Assembly (NCBI GenBank): GCA_951406725.2
Contig: OX597831.1
Coordinates: 27,342,001 to 27,406,000, forward strand
Reading direction: 5' to 3'
Source of the DNA: Octopus vulgaris
Taxonomy: Eukaryota
DNA: 64,000 bases
Made by a program: the position numbers and the translations under genes. The notes under the pieces are model-generated. The model did no database searches. It saw only the letters and a list, made by a program, of their open reading frames with translations, and was not told where the DNA came from. The number at the start of each line of letters is the position of its first letter. Position 1 is the first letter of the stretch. This document shows positions 38,730 through 50,755 of the stretch, piece after piece.

Positions 38730-39235
38730 GTGTTGGCACGTAAAAAGCACCATCTGATCGTGGTCGTTTGCCAGCCTTGCCTGGCCCCACTGCTGGTGGC
38801 ACGTAAAAAGCACCATCTGATCGTGTCCATTGCCAGCCTAGCCTGGACCCACTGCCGGTAGCACGTAAAAAGCACCATCCGACCGTGGCCGTTTGCCAGC
38901 CTTGCCTGGCCCCCGTGCCGGTGACACGTAAAAAGCACCATCTGATCGTGTCCGTTACCAGCCTACCCTGGCCCCCGTGCCGGTGGCACGTAAAAAGCAC
39001 CATCCGACCGTGGCCGTTTGCCAGCCCCGTCTGGCAACTGTGCCGGTTGCTCGTAAAAAGCACCCACTACACTCACGGAGTGGTTGGCATTAGGAAGGGC
39101 ATCCAGCTGTAGAAACATTGCCAGATCAGACTGGGCCTGGTGCAGCTTTCTGGCTTCTCAGACCCCAGTTGAACCGTCCAACCCATGCTAGCATGGAAAG
39201 CGGACGCTAAATGATGATGATGATGATGATGATGA
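38730..39235 (+). mobile_element. RTE 3' UTR fragment with six 62-63 bp tandem units
   Basis: GCACGTAAAAAGCACC-type units at about 38735, 38798, 38860, 38922, 38985 and 39048, then the terminal UTR. Confidence 0.85.
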
Positions 39236-39479
39236 TCTGTTTGTTTTCTACACCACCTGTCTTCGTCTTTTGTTTTTTTGTGAATTCTCCCTATACATAC
39301 ATACATACATACATACATACATACATACATTATGGCTGCCCCCTCGTTATCGAGTATGGCCATCATACATACATACAAACATACATACACACACACACAC
39401 ATACATACATACATTACTTTATTCCTTTACTTGTTCAGTCATTTGACTGCAGCCATGCTGGAACACCACCTTGATACCT

Positions 39480-39790
39480 GGATTGCTTCAAGGTCCACTG
39501 TTAATTTTACACTGTTTGGTAACCATTGCTGGGAGCAATAATCCAGGTGGCTGAGGACGAATATCCTCCAGAGGACCATCATGGCTTCCTTATCTCTGCT
39601 TCTGAACATTCACCAGATCCATTCAGTCAGTTGTCTGCACTTTGTTGCCATCCTAGTGATGTGCACTTGGAAAGAGGTATCATCACTCATGTCAGTACCC
39701 AGGTCCCTCACTGATTTAGGCTCTAGGATTTTAATCCCTGTGAACCAGTGTATTCTGTAAGTTTTATATTCAGTTTTGGATACTGGTAGT
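39480..39790 (-). mobile_element. CR1-like LINE reverse transcriptase C-terminal fragment
   Basis: KSVRDLGTDMSDDTSFQVHI..., then FRSRDKEAMMVLWRIFVLSHLDYCSQQW across a frameshift. Confidence 0.8.
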
Positions 39791-39839
39791 GCAAGGCTTG
39801 GAACGTATGTATGTATATATATATATATATATATATATA

Positions 39840-40027
39840 CTGGTGGCATGTAGAAGCACCCACTACACTCTCAGAGTGGTTGATGTTAGGAAGGGCATCC
39901 AGCTGTAGAAACTCTGCCAGATCAGATTGGAGCCTGGTGCAGCCATCTGGCTAGCCAGTCCTCAGTCAGACTGTCCAACCTATGCCAGCATGGAAGGCAG
40001 ACGTTAAACGATGATGATGATGATGAT
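39840..40027 (+). mobile_element. RTE 3' terminal fragment
   Basis: Terminal UTR and (GAT)n. Confidence 0.8.
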
Positions 40028-40043
40028 ATATATATATATATAT

Positions 40044-40403
40044 AAGGATACCTTTTACCCATGTGACCCAGTTTCCTCAATTATCTGGCCCACTTCAGAT
40101 ACTTTTTAAATCCGTTCTTAACCTTTATCTGCTGCAATATAGTACAGTAAAATACACGACGTGTGTGTATGTATGTATGTATGTATGTATGTATGCATGC
40201 ATATATGTGTGTGTGTGTCTCTGTGCTTATATGTATATATATATGTGTGTGTGTATATGTATATATGTATATATATGTGTGTGTATATATATATGTATAC
40301 GTGTGTATATATGTATATATATATGCATGTATATATGTATATATATGCATGTATATATGTATATATATATATACACACAAGTATATACACAACATGTTTA
40401 TAC

Positions 40404-40434
<31 letters not shown>

Positions 40435-40797
40435 TATACATATATACATGCATATATATATACATATATACACACGTATACATATATATATACACACACA
40501 TATACATATATATATACACACACATACATACATATATACGCACATATATACATATACACACACACATATATATATACATATAAGCACAGAGACACACACA
40601 ACAGATACACTCACATACACACACACATATATGCATGCATACATACATACATACATACATACATACATACATACACACACGTCATGTATTTTACTGTACT
40701 ATATTGCAGCAGATAAAGGTTAAGAACGGATTTAAAAAGTATCTGAAGTGGGCCAGGTAATTGAGGAAACTGGGTCACATGGGTAAAAGGTATCCTT
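40044..40797. repeat. ~750-bp near-perfect palindrome with mirrored microsatellites
   Basis: The outer ~120 bp of unique sequence differ at two positions; the inner (TA/TG) pattern is mirrored with indels. Confidence 0.9.
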
Positions 40798-40890
40798 GTT
40801 GCCATAGTAACACTGGGAACAACAACAACAACAGCACATATTTTGTAGTAGAGAAAGAAACAAGGACAGAGTTACAGGAAGTTGTTATAC

Positions 40891-40954
40891 ATTTTTCAAG
40901 AATCCTTTTTGAAGAATGTTTGAGAGTTGAGGAAGAGACTCATTGACACAAAAC
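40891..40954 (-). CDS. Candidate coding exon FCVNESLPQLSNILQKGFLKN
   Basis: Strong acceptor ttctttctggagtcatctttttag and weaker donor AAT|GTATAA. 64 nt, phase 2 to 0, compatible with neighbouring candidates. Confidence 0.45.
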
Positions 40955-40984
40955 CTAAAAAGATGACTCCAGAAAGAATTTTGT

Positions 40985-41019
<35 letters not shown>

Positions 41020-41059
41020 TAATGGTAATAATGATGATGATGATATGATAATAATAATG

Positions 41060-41256
41060 ATTTCAAATTTTTGCCACAAGGGCAGGTTGGAGTCAATTAC
41101 ATCAACTCCAGTGTATAACTGGTACATATTTTATCAACCCTAAAAGGATGAAAGGCATAGTCGACCTCAGCGGAATTTGAACTCAGAACATAGCGATGGG
41201 CGAAATATCACTAAGCATTTCATCCAGTGTGCTAACAATTCTGCCAGCTCACCACC

Positions 41257-41301
<45 letters not shown>

Positions 41302-41810
41302 GTGATGGTAATAATGATAATAATAATGATAATGATGGTAATAAGGATAATAATAATGGTGATGGTAATAATGATAATAATAATAATAATAATAATAATG
41401 ATAATAATAATGATGGTGATAATAATAATAATAATACTTTCTAATGTTGGCACAAGACCAGAAATTTGTAGGGGGGTGCAGAGGCCAGTCAATTACATTG
41501 ACCCCAGTGCTGGACTGGTACTTATTTGGTCAACAATGAAAGGATAAAAGGCAAGGTTGACCTCAGCAGTTCTTGAACTCCGAATGTAGAGAACCGGAAG
41601 AAACAGTGTGAAACACTTTGTGCAACATACTAACAATTCTGTCAGCTTGGCATCTAAATATTATTAATAATAATAATAATCCTCTCTACTATAGGCACAA
41701 GGCCTGAAGTCTTGAGGGTAAGGGCTAGTTGAGTACATTGACCCTAGTGTGTAACTAGTACTACTTATTTCATCAACTTCGAAAGGATGAACAGCAAAGT
41801 CAATTTCGGC
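41060..41810 (-). mobile_element. Three SINE-B copies in tandem separated by (AAT/GAT)n
   Basis: About 41060-41258, 41435-41655 and 41680-41810 (partial). Confidence 0.75.
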
Positions 41811-42409
41811 AAAATAATAATAATAATAATAATGGATAATGTCCTATTTTAACGTTGTTAATTGCACCATTAAAATTAAAAAATAAAATTTAAAATATAT
41901 ACATAATATAGGTTACATATAAAAAAATTAATTAGATTAATAGTAAAATAAAAAAGTTATTAATAATTTTAATAACATTATGTAATCATAATTAAAAAAA
42001 AAATTTCTGTACCATTTTCTACATAAAAACTTAAATGTATACAATTTTTTTATTCTACCATTATTTTTTTTTTTTTTTTTTTACAAGTAATATTTATTTT
42101 ATTGCATTTGTTTTAATGGCACAAATAATTTCCAGCATTAAAACAGGAAATTACCATAATAATGATATTCCTTTCTGCTCTGCAATGGTCCTCAACTGGG
42201 GTCAATATAGCTCCTGAGAGTGCATACAAGATTTTTGGGGTCCACACAACATAGTAAATTGGAGATCCACAATAGTATTTTAAGGGCCCCTGAAAAATTT
42301 TACTTTTGATCTATGTATTGGTTAATACCGCTAACCATTTCACCAGGAGTGCTAACAATTCTGCCAGCTTGCAGAATAATAATAATGATAATAATAAAAA
42401 ATTGTAAAG

Positions 42410-42742
42410 GCACATGGCTCAGTGGTTAGAGCATCGAGCTTACAATCGAGAGGTTGTGAGTTTGAATCCCGGATCGGGCTGCATGTTGTGTTCTTGAGCA
42501 AGACACTTTATTTCACGTTGCTCCAGTTCACTCAGCTGTAGAAATGAGTTGCGACGTCACAGGTGCCAAGCTGTATCGGCCCCTTTGCCTTTCCCTTGGA
42601 TAACACTGGTGGCATGGAGAGGGGAGGCCGGTATGCATGGGCGACTGCTGGTCTTCCATAAACAACCTTGCCCAGACTTGCGCCTGGGAGGGTAACTTTC
42701 TAGGTGCAATCTCACGGTCAGTCATGACCGAAGGGGGTCTCA
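42410..42742 (+). mobile_element. tRNA-headed SINE with an E-type head and a distinct 3' body
   Basis: TGGCTCAGTGG A-box, GAGTTTGAATCC B-box, GTGTTCTTGAGCAAGACACTTT box. Confidence 0.75.
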
Positions 42743-43109
42743 GCATAATAATAATAATCCTTTCTATATGGAAGCACAAGGCCTCAAATTTGGGGAAAAA
42801 GATTAAGTTGATTACATGGACCCCATTGTGTAACTGGCACCTATTTAATCAATCCCAAAAGAATAAAAGGCAATGTCGACCTAAGTAGAATTTGAACTCA
42901 GAACGTTGTGGCAGACAAAATTGCTAAGCATTTCGCCCAATGTGCTAATGATTCTGCCAGCTTGCAGAATAATAATAATAATAATTATTATTATTATTAT
43001 AATTATAATAAGGAAAGTATTATCTGTCTGAGGTCCTTATTGTGACTTGACAGATGGCTCTGGTGCAGATTTACATACACTGTATTACGAAGGAAAAATA
43101 ATAACGGTA

Positions 43110-43640
43110 ATAATAATCTGCAATGATGTGATTGAAACAGTGGACTTAGAATGAGTGGAGTATGAATCAAGAGATGACAGAGTTGTTCAATATCTATACT
43201 GGTTAATATGTCAGCATTATAAAATCAAAAGTATTGACAAATGGTACAAGCACCATCCTGAGGCTGTAACTGAAGGAGAAAATGTAATGATTCTTTGGAA
43301 ATTTCCAGTACATACAGACTGAACCATCAAAGCTAATAAACCGGATATTGTGAAAGACCAAAACAATAAAGTCTGTTTATTGATCGACATGATCTTTCCA
43401 TGTGATCTCGGCAAAAGAATTTGACAAGCTCAGAGAATATATAAAGATTTGCTCATTGAAATTGATAAAATGTGATATCTCAAGGCAGTTACAATACCAA
43501 TGGTTGTAGGAGCACTTGGAATGATTAAAAAAGGAACTGAAAATTATTTGAGAATGATCCCTGGCTAACCATCCCTGCAAGAAGTGCAAAAGATCGTTTT
43601 AACTGGTATATCACACATATTGAGAAGAGCATTGTCATAG
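43110..43640 (+). mobile_element. Dong/R4-like LINE ORF C-terminus
   Basis: KWYKHHPEAV...ILW.FPVHTD..IKANKPDI...CLLID...IPMVVGALGMIKKG...EVQKIVLTG.SHILRRALS*; next to (TAA)n/(TTA)n. Confidence 0.85.
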
Positions 43641-43654
43641 TGAGAATGATTATC

Positions 43655-44000
43655 ATTCAAAATAAGCAGCACATGATCTTGCAGGTGGGACCCAGTGAGA
43701 ATTTTCTTCAGGTTGAGTAGCCCATCCTGCGCAAAAGGTCCCTGAATAAGGTTTGTTTAAGGATGTTGAATGAAATGCCCATGTTTCCAGAAGTGAATTA
43801 TCCAAACCCCAAAGAATTCCTCTTGACACATGGTTATGATGCTCCCTGACTACTTCTGCTCATGATCAGAGATGCACATATCGACAACCACCAAGGGACA
43901 TGCTTAACTGGTTAAGATCAAGCAACTGACAAGCAAATCTGTGATATTAAGCAGAATATTTGCTCAATCAGTTAAGATTAGAAGCCATGGGAGCCTCTGC
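43655..44000 (+). mobile_element. Family T: non-coding (TAA/TTA)n-associated repeat
   Basis: GCAGGTGGG.CCCAGT.AGAATTTTCTTCAGG... shared with 48781-49043 and 58862-59037; its downstream part is shared with 45205-45505 (reverse). Confidence 0.7.
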
Positions 44001-44189
44001 CTGTATTTTTATTTTTTTTTTCACATTTTGAAAATGAATGATTTGGTGTGTTTAGTTTAATGGCCTATCAATGTATACAATGAGCTTCTTTGCCCTAGGA
44101 GTCAGGAAGACACACAGCAAGAGATGGAAACAAAATTGAAAGAAGAAAAACTCGGTAATATTTTTTAGTATTGAAAATAAAGAAAACTG

Positions 44190-45060
44190 CGAGCAGAAGC
44201 TGCTCGGTGAGAAACTAAGCATGATGGGAGGCATGGAATTACATGGTCAATTCTAAAGACAAATGAAGGAAATAAAGTGGAATGTTTATGGAAGTGGTTG
44301 AGAAAATGTGATATTAAGAGGGAGACAGACAGACAGAACGTTTGTTGGCGGAAGACTTGAGAACAGATGTAGAGAATCATCATCATCATCATTGTTTAAC
44401 GTCTATTTTCCATGCTAGCATGGGTTGGACGGTTCGACCAGGTTTGGAAGCCAGGAGGCTGCACCAGGCTCCAGTCTGATCTGGCAGTGTTTCTACAGCT
44501 GAATGCCCTTCATAACGCCAACCACTACGTGAGTGTAGTGGGTGCTTTTTACGTGCCACCGGCACAAGTGCCAGGGGAGGCTGGCAACGGTCATGATCAG
44601 TTGGTGCTTTTTACTTGCCACTGGCATGGAGAATGAGAAATACAAAAGCAAAAATGATTCCAATTGTGACTAGGGCACTTGGGTTGGTGACAAAAAGCCT
44701 CCGAAAATATCTTGACACAATTGGAATTTGTCCCTGTATTATGACATTGTAAAAGACAATGCTTTTGGGGACAGCAAGTTTCCTGCAGATAATATTGTCT
44801 TTCTGATGTTAAGTAACTTGATAGGGAGTCAATTAAACAATCCAATGTCCACAAGATCAACATTGTTCAAATAAAAAAGAAATAATAATGATGATAATAA
44901 TAACAGTAATAATAATTGTTGCATTAGGGACTGTGAGTAATGATATAGACAAATGGTTGAAGGTAATTAGAATGGAATGTCCGGTGGAGATTTTACAGAG
45001 AGTTCATCTGTTAGGAACGGTCAAGATTATCAGAAGTGTTTTGAACACTTGAAAAGTTAT
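44190..45060 (+). mobile_element. Cluster of decayed Dong/R4-like fragments (44190-44370, 44620-44790, 44915-45060)
   Basis: WKWLRKCDIKRET, IPIVTRALG...MLLGTA and VALGTVS...HLLGTVKIIRSVL motifs; followed by long (TAA)n at 45120-45205. Confidence 0.7.
44385..44625 (-). mobile_element. RTE 3' UTR fragment
   Basis: Terminal UTR, lying between Dong/R4-like fragments. Confidence 0.8.
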
Positions 45061-45141
45061 TGGAAGCTTGTAAATATCTAAGGTTACAAGTAGGAACCAA
45101 GTACTGATACTGAATCAACTTGAATAATAATAATAATAATG

Positions 45142-45207
<66 letters not shown>

Positions 45208-45835
45208 GTCCTATTGCAGTACCAGGCAGTGGCTCTCATGGCTTCTCATCTTGACTAGTTGGAAGTGTTATCATGTACATTGATTTGTCTTGGTATAAAA
45301 GATGGGCTACAGCAAATATTTTGCTTAATACCACAGATTTGCTTGTCAGTTGCTTGACCTGAACCAGTTAAGCATGTCTCTTGGTGGTTGACGATATGTG
45401 CATCTCTGATCATGAGCAGAAGTAGTTGGGGAGCATCATAACCATGTGTCAAGAGGAATTCTTTGAGGTTTGGATAATTCACTTCTGGAAACATGGGTGT
45501 TTCAACAGTTAAATCTCACATAGATTACACCCTATTGTCTTGAATAAAGAACACATTAGATAATGTATTCCTTGGTGCATAATGTCTGAATAAAAGACAG
45601 GAGATTCACATCTAGAACATCTTTTAATCATAAATCTGCTGTTTAGGACTTATGTAAGGTTAAATAATGGCACATCCCTAGTTACATTGTGCCTGAATAA
45701 AAGGCTGGATGGTCACACCTGGAATGTTTTTGATCATAGTTTTGTTGGTTTAGAACTAAGGGTTAAATGTCAAGAAAGGGTACTTAAGATAATGCACTCA
45801 TATATAGACTGTGTCCAAATAAGGGTTAAGAAAGG

Positions 45836-46036
45836 TTTCAAATTTTGCCATAAGGGCTGCAGGAGGGAATGAGTCAATTACATTGACCCCAGTGTTTAAC
45901 TGGTACTTATTTTATTGACCCCAAAAGGATGAAAGGAAAATGCGACCTTGGCGGAATTTGAACTCAGAACGTACCAACGGGTGAAATACTGGTAAACATT
46001 TCGTCCATCGTTAACGATTCTGCCAGTTCACCGCCT
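45836..46036 (-). mobile_element. SINE-B within a local duplication
   Basis: Flanked by TAAGGGTTA(A/G)GAAAGG and a 49-bp identical repeat. Confidence 0.8.
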
Positions 46037-46559
46037 TAAGGGTTAGGAAAGGGTACTTAAGATAATGCACTCATATATAGACTGTGTCCAAATAAAGGAC
46101 ACGTGGAACATCTTTGGTTATGGATGTACAGAAGTCAAGACCCACTTAATGTTAAATAACCCTTTCTACTATAAACACAAGGCCTGAAATTTAGGGGAAG
46201 GAGCAAATTGATTACACTGGCCCCAGTGTTCAAGTGGTATTTATTTCATCGACCTTGAAAGGAGGAAAGACAAAAACTGACGTCAGTGGAATTTGAATTC
46301 GGAATGGAAAAGCAGACAAAATGTCACTAAGCATTTTTCTCAGACACATTAACATAACAATTCCACCGGCTTTGCAAGCCTTGACTCAGTGTTAAATAAT
46401 AAAAACGGAAATGGAATAGAAAACCGACAATATGATTATGAAGAGTGGCAGATGAGTTGAGCGTCTTACTTAAGGAAGGAATGAAACGGAAATATGTGTG
46501 TGTGTGTATGTGTGTGAACAATTGTCAATATACTTAAGTACACAACAAGGGGTTTAGTC

Positions 46560-46930
46560 ACATCTAAACGAGTGGGAGTGATAGGGGTGGAGGTTAAAGA
46601 TGGTGATAGAAGTAATGTTGGTAGTGATGGTGGTGTTGGTGGTGATGATGATGGTAGTGGTGTTGGTAGCAAATGGTGATGGTGTTGGTAAGCGAAGGTG
46701 GTGGTGTTCGTGATGGTGGTGGTGGTGGTAGTAATGTTTGTAATGGCAGTGGTGTTGGGAATGTTGGTGGTCGTGGTGGTGATAGCAGAAGTGTTCATAC
46801 TTCTGGTAGTGATTGGCAGTAGTACTCGGAGGGATGGTCATGATAGTAGTGGTAGTAGATGCTAGTGGTACCAAGTACAATCTGTTGCCAGGATACTGCA
46901 AAGGCTGGCTCTGACTTCGTGGTGGTGGTG
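46560..46930. repeat. Cryptic (GGT/GAT)n triplet repeat
   Basis: Low-complexity triplet runs. Confidence 0.85.
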
Positions 46931-47225
46931 GACGTGTAGAGGAATGTTAGAGCATGGTATGAGAATAAGGACCTGCAAATGCGTATGTGGCCAGGGTGGG
47001 TGGGTGATGCCTGAGTGTAAGGTGGGGGTGTATGAGTGAACATTTCAATGATGGTGACAATACACTTCAGTATGAATAAACAGATTCATTGTGTGTGTGT
47101 GTGTGTGTTGTTTTACTTCTGTGACATCTTATTAGAGTTAATGAAGCTATCAGAGTTATGTATGTGCATGTATACACACATACATACACAAACACACACA
47201 TAGCTATCTATCTATCTATCGATCG

Positions 47226-47303
<78 letters not shown>

Positions 47304-47479
47304 AGAGAGAGAGAGAGAGAGATTCAGATGAATATGGTACTTAAGTTGAGGCACCAGAATTTAGTACAGTATTATCCATACAATTTGTCTATCTCCTTAA
47401 CTTCTTGGAGATTTTTAGGTGTCCATCTGTTCTAATTTAATTAAATTCTATGTCTTTGGGCAACTGAGGATTGCTCTGC

Positions 47480-47905
47480 ATTTTAAAGGCCTTGAAAATT
47501 TGGTGGAGGGCAACTCGTCAATTACATCAACCTCAGTATTTCACTGGTACTTAATTTATTGACCCCGAAAAGATGAAAAGTAAAGTCGTCCTTAGTGGAA
47601 TTTGAATTCAGAACATAAAGGCGAACAAAATACCGCTAAGCATTTCGCCTGGTGTGCTAACAATTCTTCTGGTTGAATATTATTATTTAGGCAGTGAGGT
47701 GGCGGAATCGTTAGCACACCAGGAGAAATGCTTCACAGTATTTCATCTGCCATTTCATTCTGAGTTCAAATTCCATTGAGGTCGACTTTGCCTTCCATCC
47801 TTTCAGGGTCGATAAATTAAGTACCAGTGAAACACTGGGGTCAATGTAATCGACTGGCCCCCTCCTGCTAAAATTTCAGGCTTTGTGCCTATAGCAGAAA
47901 GGATT
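47480..47905. mobile_element. Head-to-head SINE-B pair (47480-47670 minus, 47688-47905 plus)
   Basis: Family sequence in both orientations, about 20 bp apart. Confidence 0.75.
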
Positions 47906-48518
47906 ATTATTATTTTTAATATTATTATTTTTTTGTTTTCTGAAAAAGCAACAATTTGGACTTAACAACAATTTTGTGCAATAGCAACAATATATATAAT
48001 GACCACAGCATCTTGTCTTGGCTACACGCTGGTGGGAAGGGGTTGGTGACACAAACTTTCATTCACACTTTGAATTTGGTGATACTGGTAACGGCTTTAG
48101 CTCGCTCTGATACTGAGTTGAGATGATGCCTTCTAGTATCTCGAAATTTAATATACAATTATTCATAATTGTAGTGTCCTACGCTGATGAGAAAAGAAGT
48201 TGGGTAAGATATAATTATCTAATTCTTATGCTTTCCTAAAACTTAATTTCGAAATGTACGTCCGTAGGTGACTTAAAATTGTATGATAGATTGCCGTCAT
48301 TTCATTCTCTCTTACCTGTCTGTGTTTGCCTTTCAAGTGCTGTGTTTTTACTGAGATCTCCCTTTTAGTAGAAAGAATAGCTATAACTCTTTGACTGCTA
48401 TTTCTAAATTCGGTGTGTGGTGAGGCAATTCGTTGCTAAACCCTTAATTGCTTAGTATATATATATATATATAGATATATATATATATACATACACATAG
48501 ATAAATATATATATATAC

Positions 48519-48549
<31 letters not shown>

Positions 48550-48550
<1 letters not shown>

Positions 48551-48750
48551 TGGCAGAATTATTAGCACACCAGACAAAATAGTTAACAGCATTTCTTCTG
48601 ACTCTTTATGTCCTGGGTTCAAATTTCCACTGAGGTTGAATTTGCCCATCATTCTTTCGAATTTGATAACATAAGTACCAGCTGAGCACTGGGGGGGGGG
48701 GGGTCCATGTAATCAACTACCCCCTCCTCCAAAATTTTATGCATTGTGCC

Positions 48751-48781
<31 letters not shown>

Positions 48782-49495
48782 GAGTGAGAGAGCAGTTCAT
48801 GCCATCAAAGTGACACTGGGGTAAAATATACGAAGCCCAATATACCCATCATGACTACCCGTCTGATAAGGGTACACCAGGCACATGCATCACAACCATA
48901 TGTGCGCGACATGGTGATCTCATATCAAGGTAAACAGCGCATGACCTTGCAGGTGGGGCCCAGTTAGAATTTTCTTCAGGTCGAGTAGCCCATCCCGCTT
49001 AAAAGGTCCCTGAATAAGGGTTGTTTAAGGATGTTGAAAGAACCATTATTATTATTATTATTATTAAGATAGCGAGCTGGTAGAATTGTTAGCACACCAG
49101 GCAAAATGCTTAGCAGTATTTCATCTGCAACTACGTCCTAAGTTCAAATTCTGCTGAGGTCAACTTTACCTTTCATCCTTTTGGGGTCGATAAGTTAAGT
49201 ACCAGTTGAGTACTGGGGTCAATGTAATTGACTAGTCCTCTCCCTCAAATTTCAGGCCTTGTTCCTATAGTAGAAAGGATTATTATTATTATTATTATTG
49301 ATGAAGCAAGTTGGCAGAACTGTCAACACATGGAACAAAATGCTTAGATTCTGGGCTCAAATTCCACTGAGGTTGACTTTGCCTTTCATTCTTTTGGGGT
49401 TGATAAAAATAAGTACCAGTCGTGCACTGGGATCAATGCAATCAACTAAAACCTTCCCACAAAATTTCAGGCCTTATGCCTACAGAAGAAAGACT
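48550..49495 (+). mobile_element. Array of SINE-B copies (48550-48750, 49066-49280, 49302-49495) and a family-T element within (TTA)n
   Basis: Family sequences alternating with (TTA)n. Confidence 0.75.
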
Positions 49496-49541
49496 CATTA
49501 TTATTCTTAAGGCAGTGAACTTCTAGAATAGTTAACATATC

Positions 49542-49700
49542 GTAGGAGTGGCTGTGTGGTAAGTAGCTTGCTTACCAACCACATGGTTCTGGGTTCAGTC
49601 CCACTTTATGGCACCTTGGGCAAGTGTCTTCTACTGTAGCCTCGGGCTGACCAAAGCCTTGTGAGTGGATTTGGTAGATGGAAATTGAAAGAAGCCCATC

Positions 49701-49736
<36 letters not shown>

Positions 49737-49932
49737 GTGTGTATATGTTTGTGTGTTTGTGTTTGTCCCCCCTCCAACATCGCTTGACAACCGATGCTGG
49801 TTCAGCAAAAGAGACCGATAGAATAAGTACTAGGCTTACAAACAATAAGTCCTGTGGATGATTTGCTTGACTAAAGGCGGTGCTCCAGCATGGCCACAGT
49901 CAAATGACTGAAACAAGTAAAAGAGTGAAGAG
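49542..49932 (+). mobile_element. SINE-A with a small internal deletion
   Basis: Family head, body and tail. Confidence 0.9.
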
Positions 49933-49949
49933 TATGTCAGACAAAATTC

Positions 49950-50130
49950 TGAGTAGTATATCTTCTGGTTTTACATCCAAAACTTTGTAGAAGATTCACA
50001 TGGTTCTGAGCAATGCTATTTTTGTTGATGCTCTATCTTCCCATTTACTCCAATCTTTTCAATTCACTTTGTAAGCTTCTTATTTATAGTTCTCAATGCT
50101 TCAACAATATCGTGCATGACATTCACCATC
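49950..50130 (-). mobile_element. Dong/R4-like LINE C-terminal fragment
   Basis: VEALRTINKKLTK*IEKIGVNGKIEHQQKIALLRT...KVL. Confidence 0.6.
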
Positions 50131-50187
50131 CTCAATGACCATAGTCAGTACTACTCTCATCATTTAGTCATCCCCAATAATAAGTTC

Positions 50188-50421
50188 TTATTTCTTTACT
50201 GCCCACAAGGGGTTACACACAGAGGGGACAAACAAGGACCAACAAACGGATTAAGTTGATTATATTGACTCCAGTGCATAACTGGTACTTATTTAATCGA
50301 CCCTGAAAGGATGAAAGGCAAAGTCGACCTCGGCAGAATTTGAACTCAGAACATTGCGGCAGACGAAATACCGGTAAGCATTTCGCCCGGTGTGCTAACG
50401 TTTCTGCCAGCTTGCCGCCTT
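50188..50421 (-). mobile_element. SINE-B with a 15-bp flanking duplication
   Basis: CCCAATAATAAGTTC at 50173-50187 and 50439-50453; the extra 17 nt resemble a duplicated SINE head. Confidence 0.85.
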
Positions 50422-50449
50422 AAGTTTCTACCAGTTCACCCAATAATAA

Positions 50450-50755
50450 GTTCCATTAACCGACTGTTTAGCAATATGCTGAGCTCGAGAAGAAGATTCA
50501 TCAAGTCAAGTGAAATAGCAGTTGTGGCAGATACTGGTGTCACACAGCTGACACCCGTGCCGGTGGCATGTAAAAGCACCCATTACACTCTTGGAGTGGT
50601 TGGCATTAAGAAGGAAATCCAGCCATAGAAACCATGTCAAAACAGGCTGGAGTCTAGTGCAGCCTCTCAGCGTACCAGCCCTGGTCAAACCTTTCAAGCC
50701 ATGCCAGCATGGACAACAGATGTTAAATGATAATGATGATGATGATGATGATAAT
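50450..50755 (+). mobile_element. Diverged RTE 3' UTR fragment
   Basis: GTGCCGGTGGCATGTAAAAGCACC, terminal UTR and (GAT)n. Confidence 0.7.

Noticed and set aside
38730-39065. CRISPR-like regularly spaced repeats
   Set aside because: The 'spacers' are homologous to each other, the array is part of the RTE 3' UTR, and the DNA is eukaryotic with no cas genes.
48175-48203. Plus-strand 29-nt exon candidate (SYADEKRSW) with a GTAAGA donor
   Set aside because: Isolated, weak acceptor, no partner exons; cannot be supported without RNA data.
48316-48361. Minus-strand 46-nt exon candidate with a CAG|GTAAGA donor
   Set aside because: The acceptor region resembles a degenerate dispersed repeat, and inserting it between 52025 and 40954 would break the phase chain. 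It remains possible as an alternative or non-coding exon.
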